A stretch of 32,000 nt of DNA from Candidatus Saccharimonadota bacterium (GCA_042852035.1 BAAFHK010000003.1:210001-242000); one strand, 5' to 3'. Shown: positions 1-11,083, numbered from the stretch's first letter. Notes: generated from the sequence alone by a model not told the origin. Program-made: numbers and translations.

Positions 1-163
1 TCGACTATAAAAATCAGGCTCACTGCTCAAATATTCAAAGAGATATAGTCTTTCTTTTACGAAATATCGTGAATCAATGAACACCTTCTCTCTCAAGTTC
101 TTCAAAAAAACAAAGAAACAAAGAATAATGAGTTTGTCTATTTTACTGAAATATACCCTTCCA

Positions 164-745
164 TCATTTTAGATAGTACCTTCGGCTAATGAGTATTCCT
201 ACAACAATCCCATTGAGGGTGATGTAGACTACCCAGTAGAGACTTGTTTCTACATTAGCACCTGATTGTGCAAGGTACATAAATCCAATATTGAGTATTC
301 CTGTAAACCAAGCAATACTTGTCTCGGTCCAAGGGCTTATCCAAGATTTCTTGAATATCGGTAGCATGATAGTGATATCGATAATACACGAAAATATCAC
401 TGTATAGAGGATATTTTGCGATATATACCAGTATATGATGAGTATGATAGAAAGCCCGAGACTTAGGTAATCAAACCAGTTTATATGAATTTTATGAAAG
501 CCACGAATTCCATACCCAATACCAAAGATACTTTGAGAAAAGAGTAAAAACACGAGAGGAATAAGAGAATAGTATTGTTGGTTGGTGTAGAGAACAAAAA
601 AATTAAACCCAACGAGAATGAGTCATATAAAATTCACAAATGGATGAGGTATAGTTCGTCATCGTATCGTATCTCTCCAGTAAAATATTGACCCAGAAAG
701 GTAAATAAAAGTACTAATGATCGCAAAAAGGAGTTCGTTTGGCAT
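164..745 (-). CDS. Multi-pass membrane protein, tandem paralog 1 (193 aa)
   Basis: Track ORF 164..553 continues upstream through in-frame TGA at 623-625 and 659-661 to ATG 743-745; TAA at 749-751 closes the frame. Hydrophobic throughout. Shares the RG(TGA)R..PHP motif and the SRRYYLK C-terminus with its neighbour. Confidence 0.6.
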
Positions 746-769
746 AGTTTATTCGAAAAGAGATTTCCA

Positions 770-1348
770 TCATTTCAGATAGTATCGACGAGAAAGTACG
801 AGAAGTACAAAGGTGATGTTTGCGATGAAAAGGTAAATCCAAAAGAGAGAATTTTCAAAAGTAACTTTCTCTATTGAAAGCAGGGTGAAGACTTGAGTAA
901 TCCCCGGGATGAAGTAGGATATTGTTGTTTCTGACCAAGGAGCAATCCATCCTTTTTTAAATGCAGGAAGATAGGCAACGAAATCTACGGTAATAGTAAT
1001 AATAACAGTGTTCGTAATGTTCTTTGAGAAAAACCAGTAGCTAATCATGAATAGAGCAAGAATAAGGCAAAACCAGTCAAACCAGTTTATTTGAATACGT
1101 TTAAAGTGAATAATCCCAAAAATGATAAAAACAAAATTGGATACAAGCATGAGTAAGGACGGAATGAGCGCAAGAAATTCTCCAGAGAGAAATATAACAT
1201 AGGTATTAAATCATACGAGTATGGTCCATATCCCAAAGGTAATCGGATGAGGATATGATCTTCACCTCAATATATCGCTATAATAAGGAATATTTCATCA
1301 GACTACAAGTATGCTACTGAGGAATGCAAAAAAAATCTCTAGAGTCAT
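770..1348 (-). CDS. Multi-pass membrane protein, tandem paralog 2 (192 aa)
   Basis: Track ORF 770..1150 continues through four in-frame TGA to ATG 1346-1348; TAG at 1358-1360 closes the frame. Colinear similarity to 164..745. Confidence 0.6.
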
Positions 1349-1424
1349 GTATTGTGGCTAATATCGAAGTCGGAACCTTCTGATAAAATGAGAGTGACTT
1401 GAGCTTATCTCCTATATAACTCAT

Positions 1425-2633
1425 TTATTTTATTTTCTTCTTATTCACGTACCACTGTTGGGCGATGACAAAAAGTGTACCAATAAACCAGTACAATCCT
1501 ACACCAAGAGGGAAAAATAGTGCGGTAACCCCAATCATTACGGGGAATACATAGAGCATTGATTTCTGCATCATTTGAGGATCAAGTGCAAGTTCAGGGG
1601 TCTCGCCTTCTTTCTTCTCAGTTTTTTTCTCTTCTTTTTTTGCTGGAGGATTATAGGCGAATGAAAGCTTTGCCTGAAGATATTGGAGTCAAGCAAGGAT
1701 AAGAGCAAAAATATTGCCCACCACACCCCCTATCTGTTTCAGGTCGATTCAGTAAAAATTTGTATTGATGGATGTAGGATCAAACTCTTTAAAGAAGCTA
1801 TAGAGGTGGTAGAAATTTGAAGGATCGGTAATGCTTGATACTACCCAGTATAGGCCTATGAGAATCGGCATTTGTATAAGAAGAGGGAGGCATGATCCCA
1901 TTGGAGAGACTCATTCTTTTTTGTAGAGTTCCAGCATTTCCATGCCAAGCTTTGCCTGATTATCCCTTTTTTCTTCAGGGGTAGCTCCCCCAGCATACTT
2001 TTCTTGAAGAGCTTTAATTTTTGGTTGTATGAATTGGAGTTTTTTCTGACTTTCTAACATGTGTTGTTGTGGCACGAGTAAGATAAGTCGGATAATTATA
2101 GTAATAATAACAATTGCCCAACCGAGTGGATGCCCAGGAAGAAACGTGAGAAGTGCAACAAAAAAGTTATAAATTGGATTATAAAAGACGGTGGTTAGTA
2201 GGGAACGAAATGCTCCAGGCTCTGAGAGTTCAAAGAATGTGGTTCTTTCTCATCAAGGAACCTTTAGTGTCAAAATATATTTCCCAGGTTTTTTCGCGAG
2301 CATGAGAGAGAGTTCTTCGAGAGGAATATGTACTTTATTACCAGCTCATACTGAAAGTGTTTGGCAAAAATTTGGAGCTCATTCTGCAAGTTTTCCAATA
2401 GTGGTTGAATTTACACTGAGGCTAATATCTTTACAGGTATCAAATGATATCCCTGATTGAGTATGGTTTACAACTTCGATTTTTGGTGAGTTTGGTATAA
2501 CAATCGTATCGTCAGTTATCGAAAGGAGAATATCATTTGTATCGTTGAGTTCCGCTTGCTTGTTCGTAAAGAAGTATTGAAATAGAAGCGTAAATGAGAG
2601 CGCATAAAGTGCAATAATAATATATCGATTCAT
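1425..2633 (-). CDS. yidC: Membrane protein insertase YidC/Oxa1 family
   Basis: Table-25 translation contains LYKKE-G(TGA)-VSPMGSCLPLLIQMPILIGLYW, the YidC core motif, plus a basic C-terminal tail. Frame is open 1425..2744; ATG at 2631-2633 (MNRYIIIALYAL, N-terminal TM) preferred as start. Confidence 0.8.
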
Positions 2634-2680
2634 AAAGATAATCTTCTTGTAGAGGTTAGGATTAATAAGTGTAGTAAATA

Positions 2681-2962
2681 TTACTCTCCATGCATGATGG
2701 ATGAAAGAGCTATCTGATGGCCAATAACTCTTTGATTTGAGCAATCAAGCAGCGAGTCACTTGTTACGATAGAAGGAACAACCTTATCTTCACGGGGAAG
2801 AAGGGTTCATTTTCAACTTCTTGTTACGTTTGTTATCGAGCTTGTATCAACTTGAGCAATAGAATCGAATGATTCTAGTACACTATCGATAATCACAGTA
2901 TTTTCAGATGAAAGTGCTGTGAGTTTTTTGAGTGTTTTGATTTGGTCTTGTGTGAGTGACAT
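2681..2962 (-). CDS. Hypothetical protein (93 aa)
   Basis: ATG 2960-2962 to TAA 2681-2683 with two in-frame TGA (2807-2809, 2813-2815). Lies directly upstream of yidC. No recognisable motif. Confidence 0.4.
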
Positions 2963-2997
2963 TTTTCTATATACTGACTCGCATATTATAGGAAAAA

Positions 2998-3351
2998 ATG
3001 GTTAAAATCAAGGACATTCGTGACCGTCTCTATAAAGATCCGACCGAATACACCGAGATACGTCTCCTTATAGCAAAACGTACGCTCGCTTTCTTTATCG
3101 CACTCTATTATACCTCACTTCTTTTTACAATTTGAGGTTTTTCTTTCTTTGTATTCGATATTTACACCCTTTCGCAAATTACCTACCATATATATACAGT
3201 ACTTGTAATCATGATGGCGTGGTTCTTTTATGAATTAGTGGTATATGGTGTCCATGTTTATGCTGATAATCAGCGATGGTTGATAGTTGCGGCGCTTGGA
3301 TTTTCAACGGTTTTTGTCGGATTTTCTCTCTATACTCATTTTATAAGTTAG
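2998..3351 (+). CDS. Small membrane protein (117 aa)
   Basis: ATG 2998 to TAG 3349-3351, one in-frame TGA. Three hydrophobic segments. Confidence 0.55.
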
Positions 3352-3352
3352 T

Positions 3353-3904
3353 ATGCTTCGTTTTTTTATTGTTTTTATTGTGCCTTTTCTTTTTGTCGGA
3401 TGTACCCTCCCAGGAGTACAGGACGAAAGCACTCTTGTTGAAGATAATACCGTGACCTTTGAAAATGATCAAGTGTCAATGCTTGTTCCAAAAACTTGGA
3501 GTGGAAAAACTGATAATTTTCCTCCTCTTCGCGCGGGTTCAGTTATAGCAGCTTTTATATCTGGAGATGTGAGACAGGGTTTTGCAAATAATCTTCTTAT
3601 TATTTCAGATGACCTTGTAAATGTTATGACGTCCAAACGATATAGTGAATTCAACAACCTTCAAACGAAGAAAAATTACTATGAATACTCGAGTCTTAAG
3701 GAAGAAGACATGACGTTTTCTGATAATGAAATAACACGAATTTATGTCTTTGAGGCTCGATATAATGAAACAACCCCGAAAATGAAGTTTATCCAGGCTG
3801 CTCGTGTCTGTGGTACAAAAGTATATCTTCTTCATTTTACTCTTTCCCCTGAGAAAAAGAGTGATAACTATATATCCCTTATGAAGACATTTACTTGCAA
3901 GTAA
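3353..3904 (+). CDS. Putative lipoprotein (183 aa)
   Basis: Intact track ORF. N-terminus MLRFFIVFIVPFLFVGC has a signal peptide plus lipobox Cys. Confidence 0.7.
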   Translation: MLRFFIVFIVPFLFVGCTLPGVQDESTLVEDNTVTFENDQVSMLVPKTWSGKTDNFPPLRAGSVIAAFISGDVRQGFANNLLIISDDLVNVMTSKRYSEFNNLQTKKNYYEYSSLKEEDMTFSDNEITRIYVFEARYNETTPKMKFIQAARVCGTKVYLLHFTLSPEKKSDNYISLMKTFTCK

Positions 3905-3940
3905 GTATCTCCAATTAACCAAGACTACACTGAGAAATAT

Positions 3941-4442
3941 ATGGAAGAAACATCTCGATGTAATGTAGTGAAAGATGTTCGTCCAGAAGATCGTATTCAC
4001 CTTCATGATAAAAATGGAGATACAATCCATGTTCATATGGCGGCATCAACCTGGGGGGATCTTTTTAATAATCTTTATTGGGATATTGGAAATGATCGTA
4101 TTATGACCGATGATGGGAACGAGTTCCGAACAGGATGGAAGGAATCTCTATTATATATTAAATGGAGAGCAATCCCTTCTATGAATAGCGAATATTCCAG
4201 TTAAAAGTGAAGATCAGCTTCTTATATATTTTGGTACAGGAACTTATGATGATGTTATGAGGGATATTTACCCTCTTGTTTCCAAAAACGCTCATGAATA
4301 TAATGAAAAACAAGATCCCGCTAGTTGTAGTACTAATGCTCAAGGAGCACTTCTTGATGGATTCTTATGAGGCATAAGTGTCGCTTGGGATCAAATTAAA
4401 GAAAGGTTTCCACATAGTCATAATAAGGAAGATTCTCATTAG
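3941..4442 (+). pseudogene. Frameshifted gene: His-rich N-part (frame of 3941) plus NG...IYFG C-part (+1 frame)
   Basis: Frame 1 gives RIHLHDKNGDTIHVHMAASTWGDLFNNL and stops at 4202-4204. The +1 frame gives GRNLYYILNGEQSLLGIANIPVKSEDQLLIYFGTG... and ends at TAG 4440-4442. The two halves look like one domain family split near 4130-4140. Confidence 0.45.
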
Positions 4443-4554
4443 TATGCAGAAATATGTGTATTGACAATATTTGTCAATATTTCTTTGTTTGATTTTTCTA
4501 AAATTCGAGTAGAATACTCATGGCTCCGGGATTACTTTTTAACCCCTTTTGCCT

Positions 4555-5208
4555 ATGCGCTTCTTGAGAAGACTCGTCTCTGCCTTCAGTAGTCCGTCTC
4601 CTTCTCCTGTCCCGCCACATTCTCGCACATCTCTATCATATCGTGATAGAGTACGAGCTATACAAGAGCTCGATACCGGTTTTATTCATCACCGTCTTGT
4701 GCATAGAGACTGACTCGACAGTTCGCTTGCGAATAATGCCATACTAAAATATAAAGAACTCCTCAAAAAGGCTCTCGACCTACATGGTCTTGGAACCCTG
4801 AACTCTAGAACTCTCAGACCCGATCATCTTACGGATAAGGCTTGGCACGCACATGTGCTTCATACTAAGCGTTATCGAGATGATTGTATGAGAGTTCTTT
4901 GATTTTATCTCGAGCATATTCCTGATGACTCCCATGATGTACGATGAAGTGCTCACCTATCATCAACTCGAAGAAAAAGAGAAAGCTCTTCCAGTGCTTG
5001 AGAATCATTGAATTCTTATTCTTGAGTTGATATTCCTTTATGGGATACTTCCCCACATTCCAATACGTTTTCTGGGAGCACCAAAAGTTCGGACTCTATT
5101 AGTGATGCATCTTGATCAGAATCGGGCTCATGAGATGCATCCGGGGATGGTGGATCATCATGTGGGGGGTGAAGTTCCTGTGGGGGGTGATGCGGTGGTT
5201 GAGACTAA
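4555..5208 (+). CDS. Glycine-rich-domain (DUF1399-like) protein with Gly/Cys-rich tail
   Basis: 217-codon frame closed only by TAA 5206-5208. Contains DKAWHAHVLHTKRYRDDCMRVLGFYLEHIP. The tail GSESGSGDASGDGGSSCGGGSSCGGGCGGGD uses many TGA codons. The middle third is low complexity and an alternative frame is also open. Confidence 0.5.
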
Positions 5209-5212
5209 TAAA

Positions 5213-5245
5213 AATCCCTCCAATATGGAGGGATTTTCTTATTTT
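5213..5245. terminator. Bidirectional intrinsic terminator between convergent genes
   Basis: Perfect 9-bp stem AATCCCTCC (5213-5221) / GGAGGGATT (5227-5235), 5-nt loop, A-run before and T-rich run after. Confidence 0.6.
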
Positions 5246-5262
5246 GCTCGCTCAAGGTATTC

Positions 5263-5802
5263 TCAAGTTTCCGTATTAATCACGATAGATTCATCTTGAT
5301 TTACAAATCCTGGAACTCGCATCTCAAGACCAGTTTCGAGTTTTACTACTTTATCAACCTTTCCATCAGCTGTGTTTCCTGCAACGGCTGGTTCAGCTTC
5401 GATAACCTTGAGAGTAACACGAAGAGGAAGAATAATACCAATAAATTTTCCTTCGAATGTTTGGAGGTCCACAACAACACCTTCAGTCAGATAGAATGCT
5501 GCATCACCTACGTCATCCTCATGGAGCTCCACCGTTTCGTATGTTTCCTGGTTCATAAATGAGTATGTATCCCCAGAAGAATAGAGAAATTCTGCCTTTG
5601 CTCGTTCAAGAACAACGTCTTCAAGTTTTTCTTCACTGTCCATAACTCTGTCAGACGACCCATTTTGCATGAGATTCTTGAGTCGCATTGCTACATTGGT
5701 GGCTCCACGTCATCCTCGTTTCATTTCGTGTCTTACAACGAGAAAGAGTCCGCCATCTATTTTGAGTACAGTACCAGTACGAGCCTTAAGAGCAGTAATC
5801 AT
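5263..5802 (-). CDS. efp: Elongation factor P
   Basis: MITALKARTGTVLKIDGGLFLVVRHEMKRG-G(TGA 5710-5712)-RGATNVAMRLKNL joins the track ORF 5263..5688. 179 aa, typical EF-P layout. Confidence 0.85.
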
Positions 5803-5855
5803 AAAAGGAATTTATTAACCTCCGGAGTATAGAGAAAAAGGAGGAAAAGGCAAAT

Positions 5856-7916
5856 TTATTTGTCAATGCGTTCCATTTCAATTCTTCTTAATTCGATATC
5901 AACAGATAGGATTTTTACTATGATTTTTTTTCATATTTGATAGATTTCACGACCACTCTTGTCTCGAAGAGATCCACGAGCAAGGTCGGGATAAAATTTC
6001 GGACTTCTCTTTTCCGAGAGATATATGGATCATTCGACACCACTAGCGAGTTCGACATATACATTCGACTCTGTAACTCACGATATTGTACCTTCGTAGA
6101 CATCTTCGACATGATTCGACATATATCGACACATGAAAACATCATAAATTGTTCTGGATACATTTTCAGCGACTCTTTCTTTCTCTGAAAGGCTCTCTCA
6201 CCACTTCTTCATTTGTTTATCATAAGCTTTTTTATCGAATTTCGACACCTTTGACAGGTGATACTTGATCATACGGTGAAGGAGAAGATCCGGATAGCGT
6301 CGTATAGGAGAAGTAAAATGAGCGTAGTGAGTGAGCGCCAGTCAGAAGTGTCTCACAGGTTTTTCTTTGTAGACAGCTTTCGCCATTTTTGGAAGAAGGA
6401 GTCGAGAAAGTCGATATGAGAGTTCTTCGTTACTTTGAGCATTCTCTAAAAGAGACCTTATATGATGAGGTTCTATTGGTGTGTCTTCTGAAACGAGTAT
6501 TTTCTCATTGAGTCATTCTTTATTCGCCAAAATAATGTCGACAATTTCTCGTATTTTATCGACCGATGGAGCATCATGTACTCTTGAGAGAAATGGAATA
6601 TTTCGTTTTATTGCCCATTTCGCCACCTCTTCATTTGCGAGTACCATAAACTCTTCAATCATCATATGGGCCTCACCGCGTTCTCTTTTTCGAATACTGA
6701 GTACATTCTTTTTTTCATCCATGTCGAAATAACACTCAGTTGTGTCGAAGATGATTTTCCCCTCATTTTTTCGACGTTCTCTGAGAAGGTGATAGAGTGA
6801 TTTGAAATTTTGAAGAATTTTTTCCGGTACTCCAATTCATCATTCTGAGATATTGTTGAAGAATTGAGTTCAATACTTTCAAAATCGAAGTTCTGTATTT
6901 TTTTCATCTTTTCATCCTAGTATTTCGCCAATTTCTTCATAGACACCACGGTGTCGACTCTCAATAATTCATTCAGTAACGAAGGATTCTTTTACATATC
7001 ACTTTCGATCAATTCGTAGGAGGATTGATAGTACGAGTTTTGGTTCGCCAGGATGGAGACTACAAAGATGGTTGGACAGTATTTCTGGAAGCATCGGGAT
7101 AACACGACCAGGAGTATATATACTCGTTCCTCTTTCATATCCCTCTTTATCAAGAGGACTTCACTCTTTCACGTATTGAGCAACGTCAGCAATATGAACC
7201 CCAAGAAGAGTATCTCCTCACTCATATTTTGCTATTGATATTGCATCATCGAGATCTTTAGCATCCGATCAGTCGATAGTCATCGTATACCATCCTCGAA
7301 AGTCGAGCCTCTCTTGTTTATTTATTTGAATTTTTGGAAATAAGTTCTCTTTGAGTGACATTGACTGTGCCAGGTTTTCTACTCAGAATTCTTTGATTGT
7401 TTCATCAGTTTCCTCTATGAGGGGCTTTTCTATCTCGATATTTTCTATAGTTTTAGGCCACTTTGTTCTTATATTATTTCTGAAGAATATGAGCTCTTCC
7501 TGTATATTTGGATCTTTTTTATTGCCAAATAGTTTAATGATTCACACTTTCCTTGCGCTTTCGAATTTTCCAATATAGATATCTCCTCACTCAATTTTTG
7601 GATTTGATGTCACTTCTATATTCAGTGAACCGAATATCGGGAGAAGTAACCATTTAACTCATTTTTTTGTTATGGTAGCTTCAATAAGTACTTCATCCTC
7701 ACTTCTTTTAACAAGACGAATAGGTTTTGCTTCTGCCATTTTGCCATCTTTTGCGATCCGACTTTTTACAAACCTTACAATATCACCGTGAATGTATCCC
7801 TGGGCACGAGATGGATGTATATAAAAAGTATCATCCCCGGAAGTAATAGTAATTCTTCTTTCAGAAAAATGGATTTTTCAAGTCAGTGATTTTTCTTCAT
7901 GGGGAACTTTTCGCAT
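5856..7916 (-). CDS. rnr: Ribonuclease R / RNase II family exoribonuclease (686 aa)
   Basis: I checked codon by codon from 6781 to 7916 and by running triplet read from 5856 to 6780; no TAA/TAG in frame, about 20 TGA. Motifs: TID-G(TGA)[12 protein letters not shown], [42 protein letters not shown](TGA 6342-6344)[23 protein letters not shown], C-terminal S1 domain. Confidence 0.9.
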
Positions 7917-7925
7917 AAATAAAGC

Positions 7926-8375
7926 TTACTCGAAAATATCCCCTCGTCAATCATATTCGATCTCACGTATTCCATCGAGAAGACGGAAAAATCATTTTTC
8001 AATGTGAGGAAGGATGGGGTGAGGGAGGGAATCAAGAGTAAACCATCCATCTTCAGGATGTATATTTTTCTCGAGATTTTCCGGACTTCCTATCCAACTA
8101 TTGCACAGATAGAGTACAAAATTTCGTTCTCCATCAATGTAGCGAGCGTGGATAATTATAGAGCCTTGTATATCGATATCATCGATATGAACTCCAGTTT
8201 CCTCAAGGAGTTCTCTTTGGGCAGTTTGAAAAAGGCTTTCACCTTCTTCTTTTTTTCCTCAAGGAAAGCCCCAATAGAGTGGCCAATGTTTTGATCGCTC
8301 AGATCGTCTCAGAAAATAGTAATGAGAACCATGTTTGAGAACTACTCAGGCCGATGTGGGAAGATGCTTATTCAT
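7926..8375 (-). CDS. NUDIX hydrolase (149 aa)
   Basis: Nudix box WGFP-G(TGA 8259-8261)-GKKEEGESLFQTAQRELLEETGV. Stop lies 10 nt upstream of the rnr start. Confidence 0.85.
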
Positions 8376-8975
8376 TTAGAGTCTGATATATTCGATAAGC
8401 CGAATAATAGGGAAAAAGATTTTCTGTCTCATGAAATCAATCGAAACAACTCGAACAAAGAGGAGTCATCCAATCAATCCAAAGCCCCAACCAGCTATGA
8501 TATCTCAAGGGTAATGCACTCATGCAATTACTCTTGCAGCAGCTGTTAAAAATCAGATTATCACCGTTATAAGAATAATGGATTTTTCTCTTGCAAATGC
8601 AAAAAGGGCAATAAGAAAGGCTCAGGTAAAAAGTGCATGTCCTGAGGGAAATGAGTTATCAAGCGGATGTGGTATAAGTGGCTTTATTCATCCAACAACA
8701 TCCTGTGGGCTCGGTCGCCATTTATCGAATCAGAAATTTATAAGAGTATAGACAGTAAAGGTAAGAATAATCGTCGAAAATATCATAAGAGCAGCGAGTT
8801 TATAGCGATTATCGTGGGCCTTTAAGCCATAAAGCCAGAGTCATACAAGATAGAGTCATGACCATATGACAATAGATTCTCACAAAAATTGTATAGCTGT
8901 TGCATAGTTTGGCCCAACAAGTCATCGAGCCCAGATAAGAAGATGAGTATCAAAAGAAAGGAGAGATTGTAACAT
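8376..8975 (-). CDS. PAP2-family phosphatase (undecaprenyl-diphosphatase-like), membrane
   Basis: Motifs KWRPSP, FPSGHA, ARVIA-G(TGA)-VHYP-G(TGA)-D. 199 aa. Stop abuts the NUDIX start codon. Confidence 0.8.
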
Positions 8976-9062
8976 GGTGGCATTATAGAGAAGAAATATG
9001 TTTTTGAAAAGAGAAGAATGAAATATAAGTGACAAATTTACAATTATATATATAATCTATTT

Positions 9063-9650
9063 ATGTTTAATTTTTGAGATTCTAGAAATCTGGATTCTAC
9101 CTCATGAAATAAGAGTCCTCTTTCCAAGGGCAATAAGCTCCCTGCTGCATCATTTCTTATTGGTGCGATGGCAACATCAGCTCTTGTTCTTATAGCTGAA
9201 CCACAAAAAAAATGGAATCTCTCCTTTTATGATTGCGTACTTGATACAGGATCTCCTTCATCGCAAGTTGTTAAATTACTCTATCCAGAGGCAATATGCC
9301 TTGCTCCTTTAAAGCAAAATCCACCTGCTCTCGATCCAAAAACAAATTTAGAGGTAGAATCTCTGAGTTCATCTATTTCAGATGGTATGACTGAGATTCG
9401 ACAGAGAATGATTTTTCATAAAATTTTGACAGATACTCAAGCAGATCATTGGATTGATATAATGTCTCTACGAGAAGAGAGTCCTTATAAAACAGAATGA
9501 GAATTAGAATACTATCATACAAAAATACCAAAAGTAACAGTCGTATATAATAAAATCTCAAAACACGTGAAACTTTATATTTTCGATCCAACAGTATCAT
9601 GATGAATGGATGTTGAAGTCTCAAAAGCCGTTTTTACAGAAAAAAAATAA
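9063..9650 (+). CDS. Hypothetical protein (195 aa)
   Basis: ATG 9063 in frame with track ORF 9168..9500. Reads through TGA to TAA 9648-9650 and is followed by a terminator hairpin. Confidence 0.5.
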
Positions 9651-9672
9651 CCTCTATAGAGGTTATTTTTTT
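9647..9672. terminator. Bidirectional intrinsic terminator
   Basis: AACCTC-TATA-GAGGTT hairpin flanked by an A-run and a T-run, between the convergent 9063..9650 gene and rplT. Confidence 0.6.
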
Positions 9673-9678
9673 ATCAAC

Positions 9679-10023
9679 TTATTTTACAAAATCAACAACT
9701 TTTGCGAACACTTCAGGGTTTGAAATAGCAAGGTTTGAGAGAACTTTTCTATTGAGCCCAACACGTTTTACATAAAGAGCATGGATAAATCCAGAATAGT
9801 TCATTCCCATTGGTCGAACCGCATTGTTAATACGAACATTCCAAAGTCTTCGGAAGTTTCTTTTCTTTGCCTTGCGTCCAATATAGGCATTTTGTCCAGC
9901 CTTCATAAGAGCTCCACGTGCACGTGAGTACACATTTCCATTCATTCGGCGGTATCCTTTTACCTTTGCAAGAAGATTTTTATGTCTTTTGTGGGTCATT
10001 ACACCACGTTTCACGCGAGTCAT
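9679..10023 (-). CDS. rplT: 50S ribosomal protein L20
   Basis: Intact ORF beginning MTRVKRGVMTHKRHKNLLAKVKGYRRMN, canonical L20. Confidence 0.95.
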   Translation of the reverse strand: MTRVKRGVMTHKRHKNLLAKVKGYRRMNGNVYSRARGALMKAGQNAYIGRKAKKRNFRRLWNVRINNAVRPMGMNYSGFIHALYVKRVGLNRKVLSNLAISNPEVFAKVVDFVK

Positions 10024-10063
10024 ATACGAGAGTTAAATTAAGAGATTTTTTAGATATAAGAAA

Positions 10064-10261
10064 CTATCTTCCATATGGGAGAGATCGAAGACATTCGAGT
10101 TCATTGGCAGGACCAAGAACGCGACCGTACTTATCTCTACCTTTTGCTTTTGCACTCTTATCTTTGAGAAGATGGCGCTTTGCGGTTTTGTCTACTATGT
10201 ATTTTCCAGTTCCAGTAATTTTTACTCGCTTTTTTGCGCTTGAGAGGGTCTTGAGTTTCAT
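10064..10261 (-). CDS. rpmI: 50S ribosomal protein L35
   Basis: Intact ORF beginning MKLKTLSSAKKRVKITGTGKYIV, canonical L35, located between infC and rplT. Confidence 0.9.
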   Translation of the reverse strand: MKLKTLSSAKKRVKITGTGKYIVDKTAKRHLLKDKSAKAKGRDKYGRVLGPANELECLRSLPYGR

Positions 10262-10271
10262 ATGGGATAAA

Positions 10272-10808
10272 TTATTTTTTCGGATAAAGAGTTATATTGA
10301 AGTTACTTCAGAGTTTTACAATTTTCATGTTTGGATCTTTCTTATATACAGCATCGAGTGAAGTGATGAATTCTTCGATTTTTTGCATTGCAAGGGTCTC
10401 ATATTGGTTTTCACGTCAACGAAGTTGGAGAGTGATACGCATAGGATGTCCTTCTTTTGCCCAACCTTCGGCTTGTTTTTTCCGTATTTCGATGTCATGC
10501 TCTCCTATTTTATAGGTAAGCTTCATAGTTTTTAGTTCTGTTTTCTTTGCGTGTTGTTTATTGTGAGACTGCTGTTTCTGCTGTTCATAGATAAACTTTC
10601 CATAGTCGAGTATTTTTACGAGAGGAATACCTTCCTGCATTCCGACTTCTACGAGATCGAGGTCTTTCTCTCAGGCGAGGTCAAGCGCTTTTTCTCTATT
10701 CATCTTTCCGAGCGGTTCTCCAGTTTCAGAGATGACCATGAGCTCACGAGCGATAATAGATTCATTAATTCGCTTTTCGTTTTTTTTCTGAGGGTATGGT
10801 CGGTTCAT
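10272..10808 (-). CDS. infC: Translation initiation factor IF-3 (178 aa)
   Basis: INESIIARELMVI..., DLVEVG, KILDYGKFIYEQQK, KIGEHDIEIRKK, QLR-G(TGA 10416-10418)-RENQ. ATG 10806-10808 overlaps the rpsT stop (TAATG). Confidence 0.85.
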
Positions 10809-11083
10809 TATTTCGAAGTTACAGATTTTACGAGCTTCGCCATAGCAGATTTGCGACGGGCAGCAGTATTACTGTGGAGGATATTCTTTTTTTCGAGGGT
10901 GTCAATACGTGAGTAAACCGCTGAAAGTGCTTCAGTAATCTTCTTCGTATCCTTTTTTTCAGCTGAAAGAAGTGCTTCGAGTGCTTTAACGCTTTCTTTT
11001 GTAAGTTCACTAAAACGACGATTTCTCGAGCGCTTTTTTTCACTTACTTTGAGAGCCTTTTTTGCAGCTTTTGTAGTAGGCAT
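10808..11083 (-). CDS. rpsT: 30S ribosomal protein S20
   Basis: Intact ORF beginning MPTTKAAKKALKVSEKKRSRNRRF, with HSNTAARRKS; canonical S20. Confidence 0.9.
   Translation of the reverse strand: MPTTKAAKKALKVSEKKRSRNRRFSELTKESVKALEALLSAEKKDTKKITEALSAVYSRIDTLEKKNILHSNTAARRKSAMAKLVKSVTSK

Noticed and set aside
1-105. Partial minus-strand ORF leaving the left window edge (..VFIDSRYFVKERLYLFEYLSSEPDFYSR)
   Set aside because: It has only about 30 codons, no ATG in the window (GTG/TTG candidates only) and no motif. That is not enough to call a feature.
5027-5299. Alternative frame for the 3' part of the 4555..5208 gene
   Set aside because: It runs across the terminator hairpin and into convergent efp. 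It is kept only as a caveat because the middle of the preferred frame is low complexity.
8004-8294. Track ORFs antisense to or out of frame with re-joined genes (8004..8294, 5918..6163, 5937..6188, 6662..6907, 6481..6732, 7053..7238, 7351..7578, 21073..21303, 26703..27044, 27521..27703, 28491..28868, 29087..29347, 30712..30918)
   Set aside because: Each lies inside a longer table-25 reading frame with clear family motifs on the other strand or in another frame. They are AT-rich shadow ORFs.
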